A stretch of DNA of 63,321 bases, filler included, from Octopus bimaculoides (GCF_001194135.2; 4 parts of 4 records of this genome joined end to end with filler, not necessarily neighbours in it); one strand, 5' to 3'; numbered from the whole stretch's first letter, positions 1 to 12,226 are shown. Translations and numbers: made by a program. Notes: generated from the sequence alone by a model not told the origin.

Positions 1-42
<42 letters not shown>
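1..42. repeat. (TA)n microsatellite
   Basis: Pure TA dinucleotide run; its last TA is the target site of the adjacent mariner. Confidence 0.95.
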
Positions 43-46
<4 letters not shown>

Positions 47-1200
47 GTTGTTCGGAAAGTTCGTGCCGATTTTTAAAAGAAAGAAAAAGGTCAATAAATA
101 TTTGCCATTACACTTTTAATCAACCAAATATGAACCATTTTGTTGCACAATGCGTCTCCATCTTTCCTTTAACTTGAAAATACCCTCCTCTCAGAATTGA
201 GGTGGTTTCATGGCAAATAATTCATCAAGGTATCTTGTTACGTCATCCAAGGAATTGAAATTTTTACCATTAAGACTATTCTGCAGAGACCTGAATAAGT
301 GGAAATACGAAGGAGTAATATCTGGTGAATATGGAGGGTGGGGTAACACATCCCAGTCGAGCTGCAGCAATTTTTGTCTTGTTCCCAAAGAAATGTGCGG
401 TCTTGCATTATCATGTTGGAAAACAACACCCTTCCCGTTGGCCAATTCTGGACGTTTCTCTTGAATTGCTGCTTTTAACTCGTCCAATTGTGTGCAGAAT
501 TTCTCAGAATTAATTGTCTGGTTACTTTCCAATCCCACCAGACACAAAGCAAGACATTTTTAGGGTGAAAACCCGCTTTTGGGGGTGGCTAAGGGTGGCT
601 CATGTCGCTTACTCCAGGATCGCTTTCTCTTAACATTTCGGTAGATAATCCATTTCTCATCACCTGTCACAATTTGCTTTAAAAAAGGCGCGTTTTCATT
701 CCGTTTATAAAGCGAATTACAGATAGAAATGCGATCCAAAAGGTTCTTCTCACTCAACTCATGTGGTACCCAAACATCGTAGCGATTTGTGTACCCAAGA
801 TTTACCAGGTGCTCATGAACGACAGATTTTGATAGGCTGAGGCTTTCTGCCAATTCTCGGGTTGTGCAATGTGGGTTATTCTCAATTAATGACTTGATTT
901 GGTCATCATCTGTAGTGGATGGTTTGCCTGATCACTCTTTATCAATAAGGCTACAATCTCCAGCTCGGAACCTTGCGAACCACTTACGTATAGTTCTTTC
1001 AGATAAAGAAATATCACCGTAAACTGCACATATTTCTTTGGTTGCTTGTGAGACATATTTCCCTTTACGGAAAAAGAAAAGCATCAAGTGCCGAAAAATG
1101 AACTTTCTTATCTTCCATTTTAAAGGGTTACAAAATTAACACAGGTTATAGGAACATAAACCTTCTTCCACGAAAAGATAGCTTAAACTGTGCTGTATAA
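43..1200 (-). mobile_element. Decayed mariner (DD34D) DNA transposon
   Basis: TIR-like end TTGGGTTGTTCGGAAAGTTCGTGCCGATTTT follows TA at 41-42. The other TIR was not found, so the right boundary is approximate. Confidence 0.85.
191..1118 (-). pseudogene. Mariner transposase pseudogene
   Basis: Frameshifted pieces carry WVPHEL, IVTGDEKWI, FQHDNARPH and HPPYSPDITPSYFHLF motifs; ATG at 1118 (MEDKKVHF). Confidence 0.9.
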
Positions 1201-1431
1201 TTTTTATTATCTATTAAGGCGAAACATAGATAATGACAACACAATCACAAATGATTTGACATTACAGTGCAATTTGGGGTCGATTAAAAATTTTTCATGA
1301 TTATATAAAGCAGATTATATAAAGCAACGGATGACTGGACACGCACAAGGGACGTTTTTACAAATGGAGTGGAGGCGGGTCTTATTCGGACCCCACGAAC
1401 CCCACCTTACCACTGACCTGAGTTTTTTTTC

Positions 1432-3055
1432 TTAACTCGTATTCACGAGGGACCTTTTATACGCGACATTCTTCCATCTTTCATCAAACACTTTCTTACT
1501 CAGGCATCTCCTCTCCAGCCCTATTTGTCTTTTTAGGTGAAATATCAAAAAATTCACCAGACCAGGGCCAGAGATGAAGTTGCCTGACATCAACCCTCTC
1601 ATCCTTATCTTCCATACTACCTGTTTCGCAGTTGCTACTACAGGGAGAAAACAATTCTTACCCTCTTTCGTTAAGAAATCCGGCGGGTTAATTTTCACTA
1701 TAGTTTCAGTCAACAATTGTACTCTTCCTCCACCTGACAACAGTTGTTCGGCGAAAACCCACACACCTGACACCTCCGGACACTGAACAATCGCATGCGG
1801 GACGGTTTCCCTGTCCCGCCCACATTTTGGACAGATTGGAGTGTCCAGGCCACCATGCCTTGAGAGTTTATCCCGAACAGGTAAGGCTCCGCTGTAATAC
1901 TGCCACGCCAAGGACTTCTGAAAATTATCCAGGGTCCCCGGCCCGTATGTACGTTGGAACAGCCTGGCCAGCTGATTATCGTCGAAACCTAGGGTCGCCC
2001 CCAGTATATCATCGCATTCCGCCTCTACAAACCCACTATAAAAAGCAGCGGTAGAATCACTGCCGCAGGCATCGCCCGAGCGATGGAAGAGCAGGAGTGC
2101 CTTGCGACACTCCGTAAACCACATACCCAACTTCGATCTATGATAGCCTCTCTAGTCACTAAACCTATGCTAAATCTAATACACTCATATTTAATGGCTC
2201 GCTTGAGAGCATACCACCATTTGTTGTAAATAATGGATCCGGTTAATGCACTCTGAATCAACAACTTAATCCGGTCTCTGTACTCCTTAATCGCCAAGAG
2301 GGACGTATTAAGTTTCCAGTAGCTGGGGCCTCTATATAACTTATCTATGTCGAACCTACAGGTGACCATCTTGTGATCACTGTTGCTGACCATGTGAAAC
2401 TGTGGACACCTAGCATTTTTATATCTATTTTTCTAATTAATATCCTGTCTATGTACGATCTGGAAGATCCGTCGCTGTTTGACCATGTTCACAATGGAGC
2501 GTTCGGATGGTCCTGCCTATATGGATCTACCAGCTCAAAACATCTTAGTAGATCCAGGAAGCAAGCATTTCCTTTCCTATCTGAATACGAGCCAACATAA
2601 TCTACGCGCGCATCGTAGATTGTGTTATAGTCTTCTAGTATCACTAAAGGATGCGATGTACTAATAAACTTCTCCAGGTTTCCTAAAATATTCACTTTGT
2701 CCCGTTGAATATCGGGGTGCGTAAATCGCAACAAGTCTGACAGTCTTACAACTGCTGAATGTCAAGTCAATGGCGACCAGCCTACCGTCTGGATCTGAAA
2801 AAAATTAACTTTTTCTCAGAAACACGGTTTTTTTTTCCACGGGACCAACATCCCACTTCCGCTGGGAGTACGGCTCGGAGAGAAAATCCTCTCGTAACCG
2901 CCGAACAGCGGGAGCAGATCTCTTAGTCCCTTCACCCGGGTTTCTGTAGCAACAACATCTAAATCCTATGACCTGATGTCATTTAGGAAGCGTCCTTGCT
3001 TCTAGTTCGACATCAGGCCACGCACATTTATGCACCCTACATGAATGCAAGACAT
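1432..3055 (-). pseudogene. LINE ORF2 remnant (APE endonuclease + zf-RVT, no RT)
   Basis: ATG at 3055 gives MSCIHVGCINVRGL...ETRV. Further motifs are LVILEDYN, LVDPYR..HP, SDH, GPSYWKLNTSLL, and C-terminal LAWQYYSGALPVRDKL...CPKCGRDRETVPHAIVQCP. Confidence 0.85.
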
Positions 3056-3063
3056 GACTTACT

Positions 3064-4449
3064 TTATTCGGTCGTCTTTCTTTTTTCTGGGGTTCGTGGG
3101 GTGGTGTTCCGATAAAGGTCCTCATACAAGGATTCATGAAAATCCAATCTCAGACCATTTATGCTGGATGGAAAGTTTGATTTTAATATATTACAGTTCC
3201 TTATGTCTATCTTAAAAATGTCAATGTGTTTTGGCAATGTTCGGTGATTTACAAATGGTTCTGCTGTGGGAATATTTTGGTCATTTTTCTTGTTGATGGC
3301 TATATAAACCACCTGTAAGGTCATTTCTTTTTTTTTGGGGGGGGAGGGTGGACTAGATGGTGGAGACAACCTTCTCGGACTTGGTGGGGTAGATGAGGAG
3401 GACGTGGGGGTCGTAGGGGTGGAGGCCGGGATGTAAGGGAATTCTTCAACGCTACATGGNNNNNNNNNNNNNNNNNNTGGGGGTGGAATTTATATTTTTT
3501 TACTTCTGTGGGGAGCCGTGGTGAGGAGGAGTGTTTTTTTTTCCTGTTTTTTTCTTGTTTGTATTGGGGTGGGTGGGGTTAAATTATTGTTCCTCCTTGG
3601 TGTTTTCCTTTGTCTTACTTGGACGAAGACTGGCCGAAGACGAATCTTCACTATTCATCATCGTTTCTTCTTCGGTCTGCTTGGTGCCGGTGTCTTGTTG
3701 ATTTTCTTTGTTTTTTTCCTCTGCTTCTTTTCTTTTTTCTTCCTCCTTCCGGGTGGGGCAGTCTGTTCGAATGTGGCGTTTTTCGCTACACTTATAGCAA
3801 CGGAGTTTCCACCCCTCTACCAGCACTCGCAAGGTTGTTTCCTCACCCAAGTGTATGTTTTCCACTATTTCCTCTAAAGTTTGGGGGTCGCTTGAATACT
3901 CACTTCTAGACTCTGGCCCCACAAGGTTTGCTGTTGTATTTTTACCGCTTCTATAATGGTTATTTTATCTTCCAGCCCCATTAATAGGGCTGGAAGTAGC
4001 CATGTCACTTCTATTTCTGGTGGAATTTCTTCAGTTTTTATTTTTGCCGTCCATCTTCCTAGATATGTAGGCAGTAATATATTTCGTTTTTCCTTCATTG
4101 GCTGGAGTGAATGTTTTTTGATTTAACTTCTTTGAAGTAGACTACAACGGTTGCGAATTTTTTACCTCTTGTGATAAATCCTATATGCTGCCAAATTGGC
4201 TGCAGGCACTTCTCAACTTGTTCATTAGTTGCTTTTTCTATGTTTTTCTATTTTATAATGAATGATTTGAACTGCTCCTGCTGCCGCGGCAAAGTCCATT
4301 TTCTTTTTGTTCTTCCTTTTCTTCCACTTTTTCCTTGGTTAACAGGCTTTCACATCGATATTTCTTCTTGTTGTGGCTGGTTTCTTCATAAACTCCTCCT
4401 CCTCCTCCATGACGATCTCCACGATTCTCTCTATCTCCTTCTCAGACAT
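3064..4449 (-). pseudogene. LINE ORF1 (gag-like) remnant
   Basis: Zinc knuckle CYKCSEKRHIRTDC (Cx2Cx4Hx4C) and a K/E-rich tail; the stop at 3064 lies about 9 nt before the ORF2 ATG. Confidence 0.75.
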
Positions 4450-4947
4450 GGTCAAAGTACTCGCCATATCTCAGTCACTCCCCCCAATGGGGAAAAGCAA
4501 CAGAGTTCAACAAATGTAATAACTATCCAACAGTAAAAGCAACAACAGAACAATTACAACAAAAACTCTCCACTCCAACTCTGCAATAACAAGGTACAAA
4601 ATCCAACGGTAAAATCCAACGCAAAAATAACAGTAATCTAAAAAAAAATTTCTTTGGAAAATATTTCTTTATTACCTATAGAAGGCTTACATAAAAATCG
4701 AGACAAAACAGACATAGCAAACATAAAATCGGGGAACTAAAAATACAAAAAGAAGATAGTCAGCAGAAAAAAATAAAATAAACGAATGATAAATATGAAA
4801 AAATGAAAATGAGGCGTAATGCCCACTCGACCCCCGAAGTCGTGGTTACATTTAGTCAGTTTTTCTCCTTTAACATAAAAGTCTATGTATATACATTTTT
4901 TCTTTTATCCTTATTCTCTTTTTTTCCCTTTTTTAACAAAATTTACA

Positions 4948-5262
4948 TTATATTTTCCAGGTTTTTTCCTCTGTTATTTCTATACTTTTCAATTCGTCAT
5001 AATCGATTACAGGAGGTGGAATTTCACGCAACCGACACCTTCGTATCTTTGGTTCTGCATCAATTTCCTCCATGAATCTCTCATGCTCTTCCTTAGATAT
5101 TAAAATGCATGCCTCATTTGCTCCAAATTCTCTTCCTGTCGTCCTCACTCTTATCTGTCCCTTCCATCTCGCAATCTCTCCTTCCGTATCCTCACTCTTC
5201 TCACATCTTATCAGGACCCCTTTGTATTTACATATTTCTTCCACTGCTTTTTCTTTCTTGAC
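4948..5262 (-). pseudogene. Possible second ORF1-like fragment
   Basis: Open frame of about 100 aa; RRCRLREIPPPVID resembles KIKTEEIPPEIE in the neighbouring ORF1. It is truncated at the Penelope terminal repeat. Confidence 0.35.
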
Positions 5263-5693
5263 TTTATCCGGCACAGGCTCTATGCAGTTTTATTGTAATA
5301 TTCTTTTGTTAATACCTTTTTTGATGTTTTATTAATTTTTTCCACCGAAGAGAATGGTAATACCTAATTGAATTAATTTGATTTAATTATTATTTTAATT
5401 ATTATTATAATTAGATTTTCGCCATATTTTCTTACATGTCAATATTATCATTCGAAACGATCGTATGAATAAAAATTTATAAAAACTTTTAACATCTCTT
5501 CTCCATTTTTTAACGGTTAGTTGGGTTTATATAGGATTTTATCCTATAATACTCATAGCACATATTTAATTGTCATGCTTTCATATTTTAAATACCTGTA
5601 ATAGCAAGTAACTACTTTGATATAAAGAATCTTTATTAGAAATTTAACTTTTTGGACCACCCCCCAAAAATTGAAAATGTTCTACTTGAACTA

Positions 5694-5697
<4 letters not shown>
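5263..5697 (+). repeat. PLE pseudo-LTR, 5' copy
   Basis: Aligns end to end with 11519-11955 (TTTATCCG(G/A)CACAGGCTC ... TCTACTTGAACTAATTT). Confidence 0.9.
5341..5469 (+). ncRNA. Hammerhead ribozyme (type I), long loop II, degenerate copy
   Basis: TCCA-CCGAAGA-GAATGGTAATA-[80 nt]-TATTATCATTC-GAAAC-GATC-GTA-TGAA; it has a core U4->C change and one stem I mismatch. Confidence 0.75.
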
Positions 5698-5741
<44 letters not shown>

Positions 5742-5803
5742 TATACTTTATTAATATACATCATATAAGTAAGAAGACGATACGATTTTTATTATAAATA
5801 GAA

Positions 5804-8800
5804 ATGGAGAAGATCAATATTGAAATATCTCTTAAAGACATCCCTTTACCTACACATAAGGAATGCATTAAAGATGTTATTGCAAAATTCCATGATCTCA
5901 CCAGAAGAATCAAATGGAAAGCTTTTTTTTTGACAAAAAATAGTACAGAAGAAAAACCAGAATGCAATACCAACAAAGAACTCTCGGATATTAGAATGAA
6001 CTTTAAATCAAGAAAAATCTCACCAGCAAATATGAAATTTTGAAGATGACTTATGGAACTTACTAAAAAATATTAACTGAAAAAAATGTTCCAATGAACA
6101 ATCACCTCAGGTTTTTTAAGAATAAGGTTAACGAACTCCGACAGGTACAGGGTATTATAGTCCAATTTGATAAAACTGGAACCTTTATAATGTAGATGTT
6201 GATTTGTACCATAAACTACTACACAAAGAAATAACTAAAAAATACAAAATTATAAAATAAGGATGTACTAAAAGCCAATAACTTAAAAGCAAAACAAATA
6301 ATGAGCGAATATAAAATCGATGATATCACCGAAGTCTACGAACCTTCTAGACCCAGAATTACTCTAAAGAATCATAACCCAATTTTCATCGGGATCCTAA
6401 AGTAAGGCTCATATGCCCCTGCAAGTCCGATATTGGCAAGCTTTGCAAATTCATATTAGACAAATACCTCAAATTCCTAAAATCTAAAATCAAACTCAAC
6501 CTATGGTTGAACACACTGGACACTATTAAATGGTTTTAATGCATTATAGATAAGAATAAATCTAAATTTATCCAATTCGACATTGGATGTTATTACCAAT
6601 CGATAAACCCGATATTACTTAATAAGGCGCTTATATTCGCAAAAAAATAGGACTAAGTTATCTATGAATGAAATCTATATTATACTAGAAGCTAGAAAGA
6701 CTATAATCTCTCACCAAGGAAAATTTTGGACTAGAAAGGACACCCCAGATTGCTTTGATATACACATGGGCGTGCAGGATTCAGCCGAAGACACTGACTT
6801 AGTAGGAATTTACCTATTACACTTACTCAATGATGAATTCCCGGTGGTCTCTACCGAGACGATGCTCTGTTTGTGGTTAGAAATACCTCCAACAGAAAAC
6901 TTTACAATAGAAAAAAGATTACATAAATTCTTCAAAAACTTGTCATCACCTTTGAAACAGATGACAATTCAGTGAATTTCTTAGACGCTTACTTTAATCT
7001 CACTATATCATATTCCCAACCATATCACAAACCTAATAACAATATCAAATATCAGGTCATCCCGTAAGTTCTGTCCGATTTTACCTCTTTTAAATTGAAT
7101 GAAATTTAATAGTATTTTAGAATGTCTAATGGAATTTAAAATTATTTTATGTATTTCTGTACATTTAAACAAATTAAATATTATTTTACAGAATAATAGA
7201 ATTAAAATTTCCTTGATTAAAACTCTTTTTAACATGGAAGTATCCAAAGAGCATTTAAGACACATAATGCTTTATGAGTACAAAAAAGGAAACTCTGCAG
7301 CCGAAGCGACTCGAAACATACACTGACTTTATGGGAAAGAATGCTTGAATGAAAGAACTTGCAGAAGATGGTTTGCAAAATTCAGAAGTGGAGATTTCAG
7401 CCTTGAAGATGAAGATCGAACAGGACGTCCAGTTGAATTTNNNNNNNNNNNNNNNNNNNNNNNNNNNNNNNNNNNNNNNNNNNNNNNNNNNNNNNNNNNN
7501 NNNNNNNNNNNNNNNNNNNNNNNNNNNNNNNNNNNNNNNNNNNNNNNNNNNNNNNNNNNNNNNNNNNNNNNNNNNNNNNNNNNNNNNNNNNNNNNNNNNN
7601 NNNNNNNNNNNNNNNNNNNNNNNNNNNNNNNNNNNNNNNNNNNNNNNNNNNNNNNNNNNNNNNNNNNNNNNNNNNNNNNNNNNNNNNNNNNNNNNNNNNN
7701 NNNNNNNNNNNNNNNNNNNNNNNNNNNNNNNNNNNNNNNNNNNNNNNNNNNNNNNNNNNNNNNNNNNNNNNNNNNNNNNNNNNNNNNNNNNNNNNNNNNN
7801 NNNAATCAGCATTTAATGCTCAAGTCTACTATCAGAAATTAGAGCGTTTGAACTAAGCTTTGAAGAAAAAAGACCCGCTTTAGTGAATCGAAAAGGAGTG
7901 ATGTTTCATCAGGACAATGCGTGACCCCCATACTGCAAATATCACGTCACAGAAGATCGAAGAGCTTGGTTGGGAAAAAATTCCTCATCCACCTTATTCT
8001 ACCGACCTTGCTCCTTCAGACTACCATTTGTTTCGTAGTTTACAGAATCATTTGGGGGACATAACTTTCGCAAGCCAGGAGGAGGTCGAAACTGACATTT
8101 CAGAGTTCTTCGCTTTGAAACCAAAAGAGTTTTACATTGATGGGATTAAAAATCTTGTAAATAGATGGAAGGAAGTCATAGATAATCAGCGAAAGTACAT
8201 TGATGATTAAATTTCAATTAAATATAACATTTGATCAGTTGTTTTCTTTATTCAAAATTTGGACAGAACTTATGGGATGACCTAATACATACATTCACAA
8301 AGTAACCATCCTTGTAATATTATAAATAATCTAGCCTCTAATATAGAAAAACGAATTAACCTATTATCCTCCAATGAAGAAATTTTTAATAAGCATAAAG
8401 AAAGCAGGATATAAATATCGAATTAAGTACAAAACAATAATGCCTATTCTAATCATCCGAATAATTATCTAAATAGGCACAAAACGGACCACACTGCTAA
8501 ATCCACACCATTTAGTAAATTACAAAACCCTGACACAATGTAATTCTATCAATATTCATCAGAAAAAAAACATCACCATAAAACACAATTCCTACAACAA
8601 TAAACTTCATTATAATAAAACCTATAAATATGAACACCATTACCAGAATGTTTTCTCTAATAGAACGGTTAAAACTAATTTTAGCAACCCGCAAGTCACC
8701 AAAATCACTATTATTAATAAGAAAACTAAATCTAAGGATACGGACAACAAATACCGAAAACAAATAACCATGGCTAAAAATAAAAACATGAAACACACAC

Positions 8801-9740
8801 ACTTTAAAATATAACTCATCCCATTACATCGTATCCTCTTAGCAGCTCACATAATTACATAACTACTATTAATAAAGTTAGGGGTAATAATGCAGGAAAC
8901 AAAAAGAAACCTATACCATATATAAGAATGGATGACCTACTTAATACTAACCCCCATGGCAAAAAGGAAAACAACAATAATATTAGTTGGATAATAATTC
9001 CTTTTGCTAAGAATATAAAATCTAATTCTATCAAATCTATTTGACCCATTATTAAAGTAAACTTTAAAAACTCTAGATATGCAAAAGTATTTAATAACAA
9101 AATGATTAGATTTGGATTTTCTGCATCTCCAAACCCATTTAGGATTATTCCCTCATCTAACAATAGAAAACTAAACCATTTCTACAATGAAATAACACCT
9201 AATATACATTCTAGCCCCAGTAATTCCATTAACTCCATATCTAATAACAGTAACTATCAAAATTACACACCTCAATTAACCTTAATACATATGGACATAA
9301 CAATAGACTTTCAAATAATAGTACTAATTGTAACTGTAGAAACCTAAATACCTGTGAGGTAGAAGGTAACTGCAGAAGGAAAAATGTAGTATACAAAGCT
9401 AAAATTGTAACCAATAATCCTCTCTAAGTTCTGTTACATTGGTGGTACACAAAATCCCTTTAAAGTGCGATTAAGTGACCATAAATCATCTTTTAATGAC
9501 CCTAGGAAAGAAAATAATACTGGCCTACCAAAAAAGGTTTGGCAACTGAAAAGAGACAACGTAAGTTACAAAATATCTTGGAAGATTATTTCTTCAGTTC
9601 CTTTTTATAGGCTTAGCAACAAGATCTGTTTTTTATGCTTGGAAGAATCTTATAATATTATGAAAATGAATAACTCTCTATTGAATTCGAGAGATGAAAA
9701 AGTTTTTTCTTGTAAACATGTTAAAATTCCTTTTTATTAG
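5804..9740 (+). pseudogene. PLE RT/GIY-YIG polyprotein pseudogene
   Basis: Motifs in order: SLKDIPLP..RRIKWKAFF; FDIHMGVQDSAE; GLYRDDAL (~6850); KPNNNIK|YIHSQSNHP (split by the mariner); CNCR..C..EGNC..VVYKA; YIGGT..FKVRLSDHKSSF..VWQLK..ISWKII..CFLCLEE. Confidence 0.9.
7052..8285 (+). mobile_element. Mariner transposon inserted in the PLE
   Basis: TIRs TCAGGTCATCCCGTAAGTTCTGTCCG / GGACAGAACTTATGGGATGACCTAA, with a TA duplication at 7050-7051 and 8286-8287. Transposase remnant MEVSKEHLRH...RRWFAKFRSGDFSLED...DNA.PH..HPPYSTDLAPSDYHLF. Confidence 0.95.
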
Positions 9741-10289
9741 CCTTGAATAAGTTTTCTCCACCCACTTCCTCATACTTGTTCTTATTCTAATTATTACCCC
9801 TCCTTAGTTCTTCGTATAATACCCTCATTTTTACATATATACTGCCTTATATCATTTATACCCTCTATATTAATTATCTTACAATGCCTGGTTATACATA
9901 GGCTATTCCCCCCCCCCAATATTATATTGGCCATTCACACTTTTTTATTAATTATATAACCTCTACCGGAAATTCTCTTTTCTTCTCCCTTTAATAAATA
10001 CAAATTTCAGTTAAATGTTCTGACCACTACTTTAAATATATATACACACATATATTTTTAGTGGGTTATATTTATTATTTTTTTCAGTTATAATTATTAC
10101 TACTTATTTATTTTCAAAACTAATTTCTCCCGATCTACGTGATATTTTCATTTTTATTTTGTTCTATTGATATCCAAATTTATTCCTTATTATTGATTTT
10201 TTCGGTGTATATTATACCCCGTTTTTTAAAAATTATTACGTATATAGCTAATTATTTTTCGTTTGGCATATAAAATACTATTATTATAA

Positions 10290-10830
10290 ATTTGTATATG
10301 CGTATACATATATACATTTATGTATATACGTGTGTGTGTATGTGTATATGGTCTATATGCATATGTTTGCATGTGTATATGTATATGTGTATATATATAT
10401 ATGTGTGTGTGTGTATGTATATGTGTATGTGTGTATATATGTCTATATACAAATATATATATATGTATATAAGTGTGTGTATATTTTTACACACATTTAT
10501 TATTATTTTTTGAGTATTTGTATCTATATGTATATGTTTGCATATTACCTGTATTTGTTAGTGTATGTAGGTGCATGTATGTTCATTTTGAGTGTATACG
10601 TATGTTTATGCATGTATATATACATATATGTATATATACATATATGTTTGTAAACATATATGTATATATGTGCGTATATTGATTTTATGCACACCTATGT
10701 TTTTGTACCTATGTATATACTTTTCCATATATACTTGCATCTGTTTTTTTTGTGTGTGTCGGTCTATACATGTAGGTTTGAGTGTGTGTGGTTTTGGTGT
10801 GTGTATATGTATGTATGTGTAAATATGTGT
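10290..10830. repeat. Degenerate (TA)/(TG)/(TATG) low-complexity tract
   Basis: Mixed dinucleotide and tetranucleotide repeats; source of spurious YI/CV ORFs. Confidence 0.85.
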
Positions 10831-11518
10831 TTATTCCCCGAGAATAATATTTCCCTGAATATATATTTAGCATTATCCCCCCTACACTATAACTCTCTGA
10901 CCCATATAGTAATTTTTAAAAAAAATCCTGTTATTACGAATTATTTATCAACAATTTTTTCTAACGGTAGTATCTATTTGTTTGTTTTTTCACTTTCAAT
11001 TCTTAAGATTAACAACTATACCTTCTTTTTCTTACAAACGAATATAATACTATCTTAAAATAATGTTACATCCTATCTTTTTCCTACCCTTAAATTTTCT
11101 AGTAACTAATTTTAAATCAAAACCATATACCTAAATCCCTTATCCTAGACACTTGTTTTTAGTAAGCTATTTCTTTAAAAAAATTTTTCACAATTTTTTC
11201 ATTGCACACAGTCCATAACTGTCAATACGCACTAAGATTTAAATATAGCTATCATATCTCACTAGATGCTTATTATTATTTATTTGTATATATACGTGTT
11301 GGTGTATACACTTTTATGTATAAGCACGTTAATTTAGGTGTATTAGATGTGTGTGTGCAATTTTGTGTTATATTTTTGGTCTCCGGTCTTTCCTACTTAT
11401 ATTTTTAAGATATCCAAAACAGTTCTAGTTCTTACACAGATTGACTCAACACTACATTAACATGTTCCTATATCTCTTTTTTCCTATTTAAGATTTTTGT
11501 TATGAATATCCGATCGAA

Positions 11519-11955
11519 TTTATCCGACACAGGCTCTCTGTAGTTTCATTGTGATATTCTTTTGTTAATACCTTTTTTTGATGTTTTATTAATTTTTTCC
11601 ACTGAAGACAATGGTAATACTTAATTGAATTAATTTAATTTTATTATTATTTTGATTATTATTATAATTAAATTTTCGCCATATTTTCTTACATGTCAAT
11701 ATTATCATTCGAAACGATCGTATGGATTAAAAATTTATAAAGACTTTTAACATCTCTTCTCCCTTTTTTAACGGTTAGTTGGGTTTATATAGGATTTTAT
11801 CCTATAATACTCATAGCACATATTTAATTGTCATGCTTTCATATTTTAAATACTTGCAATAGCAAGTAACTACTTTGATATAAAGAATCTTTATTAGAAA
11901 TCTACCTTTTTGGCCACCCGCCCAAAGGTTGAAAATGTTCTACTTGAACTAATTT
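11519..11955 (+). repeat. PLE pseudo-LTR, 3' copy
   Basis: Direct repeat of 5263-5697. Confidence 0.9.
11598..11726 (+). ncRNA. Hammerhead ribozyme (type I), long loop II
   Basis: TCCA-CTGAAGA-CAATGGTAATA-[80 nt]-TATTATCATTC-GAAAC-GATC-GTA-TGGA. Core and stem I are intact; there is a C-C mismatch at the base of stem II. Confidence 0.8.
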
Positions 11956-12226
11956 TTGTCATTGGAATCATATGTTTACCATACTGCCTAAATAATGGAG
12001 CTGCAAATGCAATATCCCTGCATATCTTACATCTATCTTCATTCCTCCACTTCACTCTCTCTTTCGTATCTATCTAAATTAACTATTGCTTAACCATTTT
12101 CTCTCACCGTCTCTGATGAAGAGATATAATAAATATCCTGGAAACAGCTGTAAGACCTTCTATTTATAAATGTTCTAAAATCTTCACAGCCTTGGTTTTT
12201 TTTTATCTCATTCGAAAAAAATGTTT

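Larger units (their letters stand above)
1300..4800 (-). mobile_element. Tx1/L1-clade LINE with internal deletion of the RT domain
   Basis: ORF1 with CCHC knuckle, then ORF2 with APE endonuclease joined directly to the C-terminal zf-RVT region. Boundaries are approximate. Confidence 0.8.
5263..11955 (+). mobile_element. Penelope-like retroelement (PLE) with direct pseudo-LTRs
   Basis: RT and GIY-YIG remnants lie between two ~435-bp direct repeats (5263-5697 and 11519-11955). Confidence 0.9.
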
